Assembly (NCBI GenBank): GCA_050248615.1
Contig: JBFWSA010000045.1
Coordinates: forward strand, 1 to 15,905
DNA length: 15,905 nucleotides
Direction of reading: 5' to 3'
Source of the DNA: Simkaniaceae bacterium
Lineage (GTDB): Bacteria > Chlamydiota > Chlamydiia > Chlamydiales > Simkaniaceae
Below the pieces are notes generated by a model. That model ran no database searches, had not been told where the DNA came from, and saw only the letters and a program-made list of their open reading frames with translations. This document shows positions 1 through 6,860 of the stretch, piece by piece. The stretch's first letter is position 1, and every line of letters starts with the position of its first letter. The translations under genes and the position numbers were made by a program.

Positions 1-377
1 GAAAAAACCCGCTTTCCATCCATTTTATTTTGAAAAGTTTTTTCTAAGTAAAGAGCACTTCTGGTTGCTTGGGTAAGAAGGGTGGTTTGCCTCTCTAAAA
101 AAGAGCGTGTATGAAACCCTGGGATATCGAGAAAATAGCGAGTCATACGACACAGCTCAAAAAAAAGAGTGTTTCGAGCTTCTATTTCCTCAATGCGATC
201 TATGAGTCGAACAAGGTGTTCTAGGCGATTTCTATATTTTGAATAAGGGACCTTTTCGAAAAGGGCTTTTGCTTCGGCTTGATGAGGATTTGGAAGAGAT
301 GAGCTTTCCGGAATTTGGAGGGTAAGCCCAATTAATGCACCCCCAAGAATAACAATATAGATGATACGGTGTAGCAT
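1..377 (-). CDS. Partial hypothetical protein (5' part; runs off the left edge) with an N-terminal signal/anchor helix
   Basis: Hand translation from ATG at 377 gives MLHRIIYIVILGGALIGLTLQIPESSSLPNPHQAEAKALFEKVPYSKYRNRLEHLVRLIDRIEEIEARNTLFFELCRMTRYFLDIPGFHTRSFLERQTTLLTQATRSALYLEKTFQNKMDGKRVF... The frame is open for 125 codons with no stop before position 1, which explains its absence from the ORF track. Confidence 0.75.
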   Translation of the reverse strand, partial: MLHRIIYIVILGGALIGLTLQIPESSSLPNPHQAEAKALFEKVPYSKYRNRLEHLVRLIDRIEEIEARNTLFFELCRMTRYFLDIPGFHTRSFLERQTTLLTQATRSALYLEKTFQNKMDGKRVF

Positions 378-455
378 AATCCCATTATTTCAAAGGACTC
401 TATTCAATACAATCACTTAAACCCCAATGAAGGGGGTATCAGAAAATGATGCATG

Positions 456-464
456 TGTTACAAT
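456..464 (+). promoter_or_regulatory. Extended -10 promoter element (TGnTACAAT) for the putative 6S RNA
   Basis: TGTTACAAT at 456-464 ends about 6 nt upstream of the first paired base (470) of the long RNA hairpin. Confidence 0.6.
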
Positions 465-469
465 GAGGG

Positions 470-650
470 AGAGCCCTGTAGATAAGGCTAAAAATAGAGG
501 CATACGCTCATCAACTACAAGCTTTGTTAGGGGACCAAAACGCTAAGGCTTTGCAAATAGAATTTTGGAATTTGCAACCCTTAGGTAACGGACCCACCTG
601 TTGAAACAGGTTGAATAAGCCCGCTCTATTCCTTATCGCATCAGGGCTCT
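470..650 (+). ncRNA. ssrS: 6S RNA (SsrS)-like non-coding RNA
   Basis: A ~181-nt rod. Pairings: AGAGCCCTG(470-478)/CAGGGCTCT(642-650), GATAAGG(481-487)/CCTTATC(631-637), AATAGAG(493-499)/CTCTATT(624-630), and apical stem CTAAGG(543-548)/CCTTAG(579-584) plus TTGCAAAT(551-558)/ATTTGCAA(570-577). The central bubble's 3' side reads GGACCCACCTG-TTGAAA-CAGGTT, resembling the GGCACCCACCTG...GGGTT motif and small hairpin of many 6S RNAs. There is a promoter upstream and a T-run downstream. Confidence 0.8.
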
Positions 651-690
651 TTTCATTTCGGTAGATCTTTTCTAGCTTTGATTGTTGGGT

Positions 691-756
691 AGAAAAGAGG
701 GAGGCCTCTCGGAAGTAAGATTTGGGGGAAGGGCACTATCGCGAGAGGACCCCCTC
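691..756 (-). other. Large GC-rich hairpin with C-rich loop and U-tail (candidate sRNA 3' end or terminator)
   Basis: Inverted repeat GAGGGAGGCCTCTCG (697-711) / CGAGAGGACCCCCTC (742-756). On the minus strand 14 of 15 positions pair (one G-U), followed by UUUUCU. The loop contains GCCCUUCCCCCAAAUCUU. Confidence 0.5.
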
Positions 757-846
757 AAAATTTATCTTATGTTGTTTTTTTAAAACTTAAACCTCTCCCT
801 CCAGGATTAAGATACAAGTAATTTTTTTACATGCGGCCTCGCATGT

Positions 847-912
847 TCATAAAGAATTTTTTTGATTTGGGAATTGATACAGCCGCATGACACCATAAGA
901 TGTTGCTGTCAT
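847..912 (-). CDS. Candidate 21-aa small ORF (MTATSYGVMRLYQFPNQKNSL)
   Basis: Strong SD GGAGGG (918-923) lies 5 nt before ATG at 912, with TGA at 847-849. It is flanked by hairpins at 931-949 and 829-846. No homology recognised. Confidence 0.3.
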   Translation of the reverse strand: MTATSYGVMRLYQFPNQKNSL

Positions 913-963
913 CGTTTCCCTCCGTTTTCGAGACTGCGCTTAACAGTCTAGCATAATAAGAAA

Positions 964-1683
964 TTAATAGGGAACCAAAAAGTTTTCTGTGGCTTGTCTA
1001 TGAGGTTTTTTTAGAAGGGGAGTGACATTTTCTAAAAGGGTTTCCACCATCTTATAATGAGAGGAGAGTGTCTTTTTAATTGATGCAATGAAGTGGTTTT
1101 GGGAGTCAAGATAGTTCTTTAAAGGGCAGAGAAAGTCGGTGTGTGCACGCGCTTCTCGGTAGCTAGGTGTTTTAGGGGGGTACAGAAGGTACTCCATATG
1201 TTTTTCCTTATAATCCCATAGGAAGGTTGTATGATGGACAAACCGGTGTTTTTTTATATATTGTGCATTCCCCCCACATTTATGGTTCCCAATGACATAG
1301 TCATTTTCCCGCAAATGGAATCCAGGGATGGATAAAGCTTGTTGATAAAACTGCTCAGACCAGCGGAGGATGGGTTCGGGGTAACAGGGAAAATCGTGAG
1401 CGCTTTTTTGAAAAATAAAGGAGACAAAGAGCGTGTCTTCATCCACAATGACCGTTCCTCCTCCACTAAAACGCTTAATTACAGGGACAGGAGCAGTCTC
1501 TATTTTCTTCAAGTTAATCAGCTGCTCAGGCTTTCCAGAAATGCCCATCACGATAGAAGGAGAAGAGCCTTCATTCAAGATACACCAATTGTCTTCATTC
1601 AAACGGAGGAGGGCTTCTTCGATCTTTAGTTGCTCGAAAATAGGTGTGTTTTTGAGGTGAAGAAGGTGGATCTCTTTAACCAT
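964..1683 (-). CDS. lplA: Lipoate-protein ligase family protein (LplA/BPL_LplA_LipB catalytic domain only)
   Basis: Motifs KRFSGGGTV, ENDYVIGNHKCGGNAQ, HHTTFL and YREARAHTDFL. It is a short form lacking the C-terminal domain and lies downstream of mnmG, like chlamydial lplA_2. Confidence 0.9.
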   Translation of the reverse strand: MVKEIHLLHLKNTPIFEQLKIEEALLRLNEDNWCILNEGSSPSIVMGISGKPEQLINLKKIETAPVPVIKRFSGGGTVIVDEDTLFVSFIFQKSAHDFPCYPEPILRWSEQFYQQALSIPGFHLRENDYVIGNHKCGGNAQYIKKHRFVHHTTFLWDYKEKHMEYLLYPPKTPSYREARAHTDFLCPLKNYLDSQNHFIASIKKTLSSHYKMVETLLENVTPLLKKPHRQATENFLVPY

Positions 1684-2101
1684 TGGTCAGGGTATCGATA
1701 TCTTCAATCTTTACGATCCGAAACTGCTGTCCTTTGATCGAGTTAATTTTGAAAATGATCATTGTTCCCGCAGGCATCACATCCATGTCAATGATATCCG
1801 TGATCGTAGAGCCGCTTGTTAATTTCACTCCAATTTTTGATGCAGCACTCATTTTTTTTAGGTATTGAAAGGCACTGAGGAGATCTTTTGCCCGAGATTC
1901 AGGAGTGATAATCATGATTTCGCTTACCCCTTTCATTTGGCCATCTTTTGCAGCAGCAGCTTTTTCGCTAGCCGATTCTTTAGAAGTTGATGGGGTTTGA
2001 TTTTGGAAAAATGGGGAAGAGGAGACCGAATAAATGGGCTCTTGTTCTGCCATTGTTAAAGACGAAAATCCAAGTAAAGTAAGTAGGATAGGTTTTTTCA
2101 T
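1676..2101 (-). CDS. Exported hypothetical protein (signal peptide, low-complexity linker, small beta-rich C-terminal domain)
   Basis: MKK plus hydrophobic stretch plus TMA|E signal-peptide pattern. It has an ATGA overlap with the upstream gene and an 8-nt overlap with lplA, indicating translational coupling. Confidence 0.8.
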   Translation of the reverse strand: MKKPILLTLLGFSSLTMAEQEPIYSVSSSPFFQNQTPSTSKESASEKAAAAKDGQMKGVSEIMIITPESRAKDLLSAFQYLKKMSAASKIGVKLTSGSTITDIIDMDVMPAGTMIIFKINSIKGQQFRIVKIEDIDTLTNG

Positions 2102-3060
2102 GACTTTCCTCGCATTTGGGATTGGGATACAACAGTATTCCCTTTTTTCTTAGCTTCATTTAAGCAGAGAGTTGCTGCAGAGAGTAAACGTTCCAAATTT
2201 ACCGTTGCATTTTTCGTAGGATCCCCAGAATTCTGAAGGGTAGCAACCCCTATGGAAGTGGTTAGGTTGAACCGAATAGTGCCTGCAGAAAACGTCTCGG
2301 TTTCGAGGTACTCTTGAATATTTTCCGCAATAAGCTGAGAACCTTTTTCTGATGTTTTAGGGAGAAAAATAGCGAATTTTCCCTGCTTTTGATTGAAAAG
2401 AAGATCTTGGATTCGCATGAGTTTTTGGACATGATCTTCGAAATCGAGAAGGAGAGCATGGGCGGCATTTTCTCCGCGTGCCTTTTGAAATTTTTGATAT
2501 TGATCGATTTCCATAAGAAGCACTGAAAGGGTAGATTTTTCTGAAAGAGCTGTTTCAACCATTTTGGTTGCTCGATCATCCATAATGGCTCTCTTTTGAA
2601 GAGAAGTCCCTTCTAAAGAAGTAGTTGTGGATAAGCGACTTGAAAGGGTGGTAATTTTTTGCTGCGTTTCCATAATTTCACTAGCCATTTCCATCCGGAG
2701 TAGAAACTCATCCTCTTCCAAAGGTTCTGTTAAAAAATCCGTAGCTCCTGCTTTGAGCAAATTGCGTGTGAATGTTTTTTTCAGGTGACCTGTGATAATG
2801 ATGATAGGGGTATGATAATACTCTTTTAGAGAGCGGATCTTTTCACAAAGAGGGATAAGATCAACATAGGGAGTTTTATCATCAAGAATGATCAAGCTGA
2901 TATAACTTTTATCTAAATAATCTAACGCTTCGATTTCTGAATTTACAGCAATGAGGGCATGATCTTCTAATTTATCGGTAATCGTTTCAAAAAAGGAACG
3001 GATGACAGGAGAGTTTGTCATTAACAAGAAGGTCGGGAGCTTTTTGGGTCTCATCTTCAT
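2098..3060 (-). CDS. Response regulator-like protein: atypical REC domain plus degenerate GGDEF domain (PleD/WspR-like architecture)
   Basis: REC segments: LIILDD, PIIIITG, AGATDFLTEP. GGDEF-fold segments: LSVLLMEID, RIQDLLF...KFAILP-like (KFAIFLP), AENIQ, LTTSIGVA, AKKKGN. The GGDEF signature is replaced by KQGKF. Confidence 0.85.
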   Translation of the reverse strand: MKMRPKKLPTFLLMTNSPVIRSFFETITDKLEDHALIAVNSEIEALDYLDKSYISLIILDDKTPYVDLIPLCEKIRSLKEYYHTPIIIITGHLKKTFTRNLLKAGATDFLTEPLEEDEFLLRMEMASEIMETQQKITTLSSRLSTTTSLEGTSLQKRAIMDDRATKMVETALSEKSTLSVLLMEIDQYQKFQKARGENAAHALLLDFEDHVQKLMRIQDLLFNQKQGKFAIFLPKTSEKGSQLIAENIQEYLETETFSAGTIRFNLTTSIGVATLQNSGDPTKNATVNLERLLSAATLCLNEAKKKGNTVVSQSQMRGKS

Positions 3061-3080
3061 ACTTTTTCCAATATAAAGAA

Positions 3081-4898
3081 TTATCGATTTAGAGCCACCA
3101 TGAGAATTGAGATGTCGGCTGGGGAAACACCTGAAATGCGAGAAGCTTGCCCTAGATTTGTGGGTTGGTGATGTAAGAGTTTTTCTCGCGCTTCATTTCT
3201 CAGTCCTACAATCTTTCGATAATCGAATCCATTAGGAATCAAATGGGTATCCAGAGACTCCAATTTTTCGGCATCTTTTTTTTCTCTATTGATATATCCA
3301 GCATATTTTAAATCCACTTCAATCGCAGCTTGGATATCTGGGCTAAAATTTTCCACTTTGTCTGGGAAGGTTTCTAAGAGGGTGCAATAGTTAAATTCGG
3401 GGCGACAGAGGAGTTTGGCAAGTGTGGTAGATTTCCCTTCAAATTCTAAGTGAGTTTTTTCTAAATGATTTTTCCCCGCATCAATGTGGTGTTTTCGTTG
3501 GGTCAAACGGGTGAACTGATCGGTATCGATGAGACCCAGTTGATAACCATAGGGGCGGAGTCTTAAATCGGCATTATCTTGACGTAAGAGGAGGCGGTAT
3601 TCAGCCCGTGAGGTGAACATGCGGTACGGTTCGTCTAAATCTTTAGCAATCAAATCATCAATCATCACCCCGATATAGGCTTCACTCCGTTTAAGAATAA
3701 AGGGCTTTTCCCCGCGAATTTTGAGCGTTGCGTTGATAGCTGCCATTAGCCCTTGAGCAGCAGCCTCTTCATATCCGGTCGTTCCGTTCACTTGCCCTGC
3801 AAAATAAAGCCCTTCGATACGCTTTGTTTCTAAGCTGGGGAAGAGTTGCCCACTGGTGACATAATCATATTCAATCGCATAGGCTGGGCGCATGATTTCA
3901 ACATTTTCGAGACCTGGAATGGTGTGAAGGGCGGCATATTGAACGTCAAAGGGAAGGGAAGAAGAGATTCCATTCACATAGATTTCATGGGTACTTAATC
4001 CTTCTGGCTCCAAGAAAAGTTGATGGCGCTCTTTATCTGTAAAGCGGACAAACTTATCTTCAATAGAGGGGCAATAACGGGGTCCCACACCTTGAATTTT
4101 TCCCGAATAGAGAGGGGAACGTTTAATATTCTCTAAGATGATGTTTTTTGTCGCTTCATTAGTGTAGGTAATATAACAAGAAACCTGTGGGAGTTTTTTT
4201 TCTTGAGGATCAAAAGAGAAGGCAACCCCCTCTTCGGGAGGTTGCTCTTCGAGCTTTGAAAAATCAATGGAGCGTTTATTGACGCGAGGGGGCGTTCCTG
4301 TTTTCAGGCGTCCTAGTTTAAATCCTAAATCTTCTAAACATTTGGAGAGTCCGACAGAAGGTTTATCTCCTGCTCTCCCTCCTGAATAGTTATGATCTCC
4401 AATATGCAAGAGTCCTCGCATAAACGTTCCTGCTGAAAGAATCACCGCTTTTCCCTTATAGGCGATTCCTTCTTGAGTGGAGACTCCTGTAATTTGATCT
4501 CCTTGGACCATCAAGGATTCAATGGTTCCTTGCATCATTTCCAAGTGGGGCACTTGTTCTAGAGTCAATTTCATTTCTGTTTGATAGGCAAGCTTATCCG
4601 ATTGAGCCCGAGGAGACCAGACGGCTGGCCCTTTTGTTGCATTGAGCATGCGGAATTGGATCCCTGTCCGGTCCGCGATTTTCCCCATAATGCCCCCTAA
4701 AGCATCAATTTCTCGCACCATATGCCCCTTTGCTGTCCCTCCAATCGCTGGATTACAACTCATTTTACCAATGGTATCGAGGTTCATGGTCAGAAGCAGG
4801 GTAGACGCGCCCATCCGCGCTGCTGCATGAGCAGCTTCGCAACCAGCATGTCCCGCACCAATGACGATGACATCAAATTCTTTAGGGTATGACCACAT
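3081..4898 (-). CDS. mnmG: tRNA uridine-5-carboxymethylaminomethyl(34) synthesis enzyme MnmG (GidA)
   Basis: Motifs VIGAGHAGCEAA, MSCNPAIGG, RLKTGTPPR, GPRYCPSIEDK, GQVNGTTGYEEAAAQG, EPYRMFTSRAEYRL and ASRISGVSPADIS. Confidence 0.99.
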   Translation of the reverse strand: MWSYPKEFDVIVIGAGHAGCEAAHAAARMGASTLLLTMNLDTIGKMSCNPAIGGTAKGHMVREIDALGGIMGKIADRTGIQFRMLNATKGPAVWSPRAQSDKLAYQTEMKLTLEQVPHLEMMQGTIESLMVQGDQITGVSTQEGIAYKGKAVILSAGTFMRGLLHIGDHNYSGGRAGDKPSVGLSKCLEDLGFKLGRLKTGTPPRVNKRSIDFSKLEEQPPEEGVAFSFDPQEKKLPQVSCYITYTNEATKNIILENIKRSPLYSGKIQGVGPRYCPSIEDKFVRFTDKERHQLFLEPEGLSTHEIYVNGISSSLPFDVQYAALHTIPGLENVEIMRPAYAIEYDYVTSGQLFPSLETKRIEGLYFAGQVNGTTGYEEAAAQGLMAAINATLKIRGEKPFILKRSEAYIGVMIDDLIAKDLDEPYRMFTSRAEYRLLLRQDNADLRLRPYGYQLGLIDTDQFTRLTQRKHHIDAGKNHLEKTHLEFEGKSTTLAKLLCRPEFNYCTLLETFPDKVENFSPDIQAAIEVDLKYAGYINREKKDAEKLESLDTHLIPNGFDYRKIVGLRNEAREKLLHHQPTNLGQASRISGVSPADISILMVALNR

Positions 4899-4901
4899 TA
4901 T

Positions 4902-4991
4902 TTATTTTTTCTTATGACGATCTCTACGACGGCGCTTTTTGCGCTTGTGCTTTGAGATCTTAAAACGACGCTTTTTCTTTACAGACGACAT
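4902..4991 (-). CDS. AURKAIP1/COX24-domain small basic protein (bS22/mS38-like), 29 aa
   Basis: Hand translation gives MSSVKKKRRFKISKHKRKKRRRRDRHKKK*, matching the S-V-x-KKRRxK-x-x-KHKxRK family pattern. The stop lies 3 nt before the mnmG ATG. It is below the ORF-track length cut-off. Confidence 0.9.
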   Translation of the reverse strand: MSSVKKKRRFKISKHKRKKRRRRDRHKKK

Positions 4992-5146
4992 GAATCACTC
5001 AATGAATTTAGATTTGGGAACCATTTTATGTTTTTTTAGGGAAAAAGTAAAGAGGAGGAATTTTTTCAAAAAATTTCTCTCGCCTTTGCACAAAATGCCC
5101 AGAATTTCATATGAAGAAGAGATGATACTCAACCAAAGACTATAGG

Positions 5147-5959
5147 ATGCTAGAGGGTGCTTTGCTATTATGGGCTGTGTTGACAGTCCTTTCGTTTATT
5201 TTTGTTGTATATGACTTGATTGTACACACTCCCGAAGCCGGTGTGATGAAAGTGGGCTGGGCCCTTGTTGTTCTCTATACAGGACCTGTTGGTCTTTTTT
5301 TCTATTTTATGACCTGTCGGGAACCCATCCCCGGAATGCATGAAAAATTCGTTGATAAGCCTTGGAAACAAGCAACGGGTTCTGAGGTGCACTGTTTAGC
5401 AGGAGATGCGACCGGAATCATTATCATGGCAATTTTTCTCTCTTTTTTTGAAATTCCACGTGCTGCTGAGGTTTTTTTAGAGTATTTGGCAGGGTTTGTA
5501 TCAGGCTTGCTGATTTTTCAGGCCCTTTTTATGCGTAAGATGATGGGGGGAACTTATGAAAAAGCGATTAAAAATAGCTTTTATCCCGAATGGCTTTCGA
5601 TGAATATGATCATGGCAGGGATGATTCCGGTGATGGTGATTTGGGGGGTTCGCGATCCTTTAGCGCGGAGCCCTGCCTCCCTCCATTTTTGGGGGATGAT
5701 GTCCTTGGCAACCATTGTGGGAGGGTTTGTCGCTTATCCGATCAATCAGTGGCTTGTTAGCAAGGGACTCAAACATGGAATGATGACCGTGCGTAAGGGA
5801 GAAAAAAAAGTGAAAAATGGGGAAATGGCGATGGATGAGCATCACCACCATCATAGCGAGCCCGAAGTGAGTCAAGCCCAAGTCAATAAAATGGCCATCT
5901 GGTCGCTAGGTGGGCTTGCAGTGGGAATTGTCATTGCCATTATCGGAGCTTACTATTAA
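5147..5959 (+). CDS. DUF4396-like multi-pass membrane protein, Met/His-rich (putative copper/heavy-metal associated)
   Basis: Segments WKQATGSEVHCLAGDATG, EWLSMNMIMAGMIPVM, FWGMMSLA and AYPINQWLVSKGLKHGM are typical of DUF4396. It has several TM helices and an MAMDEHHHHH loop. Confidence 0.8.
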   Translation: MLEGALLLWAVLTVLSFIFVVYDLIVHTPEAGVMKVGWALVVLYTGPVGLFFYFMTCREPIPGMHEKFVDKPWKQATGSEVHCLAGDATGIIIMAIFLSFFEIPRAAEVFLEYLAGFVSGLLIFQALFMRKMMGGTYEKAIKNSFYPEWLSMNMIMAGMIPVMVIWGVRDPLARSPASLHFWGMMSLATIVGGFVAYPINQWLVSKGLKHGMMTVRKGEKKVKNGEMAMDEHHHHHSEPEVSQAQVNKMAIWSLGGLAVGIVIAIIGAYY

Positions 5960-5976
5960 GTAACGCGAATTCTGGA

Positions 5977-6774
5977 TTAACTCTCTATGAGATGTTTAAA
6001 AAATAGGGGCATGGGAGAAGAGCGCCACGCTTCGGGGAGTTTCTCACGCCACTTTGCAGCTTCTTCCACATCTCTTTCGATACCCGGAGCGCCAGCTTCT
6101 AGGTAGGTAATCACACTCGCTATAGCAGACTGATCCCCTCTTTTAGCTGCGAGGGTATAGGCTTCGAGGGCAAGGGGGAACTCTTGAAACTTTCTTAAGA
6201 GTGTTGCACAAGCCAAAAGATTGCTCGTTGAGAGGTCTTCCACCTCAAGACAATCCTTTAAATATTTAACGGCCAACTCTTTATTGTTTTCCTTAGAATA
6301 CTTTTGGGCAAGCCAGACTTTGGCATAAGTACTTCCCGCTGCTGCTGCTTCGATGTAGGTCTGAAGCGCTTGGTGAGGGTGGGTTCTTTCAAAAAATTGA
6401 GCGTATTTAACCATCAGAGATAAACGGTCTTGTAAGGGGACATCTGGGTCATTCCAATGAATGGGGAGGTGATTCGGGTAGGTTAAGAGCGTTTCTTTTG
6501 TCATATACAGTTGAAAATCAGGAGATTCCATTGTTGAAACGTGAATTTCAAAATCTGTGGTGGGAATTCTGGTGTAGGGATTGCGAATGAGCCCACGATT
6601 CCGGATACAGTTTTCTATATACTTCGAAGCATCAAAGAGATAGGTTCTGTTCGACTCTTTTAAAATAAACACGTAAAATTTAAATCCAAGCCTAAATCTT
6701 TGATCTCTAAGTTCTTGCAATGTAGAAAGAGAATAAATTTCTGTTTCTTTTAATTTTGATTCTGAAATACTCAT
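5977..6774 (-). CDS. Sel1/TPR-like repeat protein with N-terminal U-box/NleG-like segment (candidate effector)
   Basis: C-terminal SLR-like repeats (ALQTYIEAAAAGSTYAKVWLA, ALEAYTLAAKRGDQSAI, GIERDVEEAAKW). The N-terminus contains YLFDAS...NPYTRIPT. Confidence 0.65.
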   Translation of the reverse strand: MSISESKLKETEIYSLSTLQELRDQRFRLGFKFYVFILKESNRTYLFDASKYIENCIRNRGLIRNPYTRIPTTDFEIHVSTMESPDFQLYMTKETLLTYPNHLPIHWNDPDVPLQDRLSLMVKYAQFFERTHPHQALQTYIEAAAAGSTYAKVWLAQKYSKENNKELAVKYLKDCLEVEDLSTSNLLACATLLRKFQEFPLALEAYTLAAKRGDQSAIASVITYLEAGAPGIERDVEEAAKWREKLPEAWRSSPMPLFFKHLIES

Positions 6775-6809
6775 TTTTTTAACTTCTCGTGTAAATAAAT
6801 ATTTTAATG

Positions 6810-6818
6810 TGTTATAAT
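6810..6818 (+). promoter_or_regulatory. Extended -10 element (TGTTATAAT) upstream of the caspase-fold gene
   Basis: Consensus TGnTATAAT in the AT-rich divergent intergenic region, about 42 nt before ATG 6861. It implies the ORF-track start at 6807 is too early. Confidence 0.55.
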
Positions 6819-6860
6819 AGAAAACATAAAATCATCACGGGGATGAAAGGGGATAATATC

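Noticed and set aside
420..960. CRISPR array, MITE or tmRNA/SRP/RNase P in the long intergenic region
   Set aside because: There are no regularly spaced direct repeats or target-site duplications, and no tmRNA, SRP or RNase P signature sequences. The main structure is better explained as 6S RNA.
2098..3060. Active diguanylate cyclase (PleD/WspR orthologue)
   Set aside because: The catalytic GG(D/E)EF motif and the GTP/metal-binding residues are substituted.
4939..5145. 68-aa plus-strand ORF
   Set aside because: It is antisense to the 29-aa basic protein gene, runs through AT-rich promoter DNA, has a TTG start and shows no recognisable features.
5840..5854. His5 run as a possible engineered His-tag
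   Set aside because: It is internal to a natural Met/His-rich loop, has mixed codons and has no vector context.
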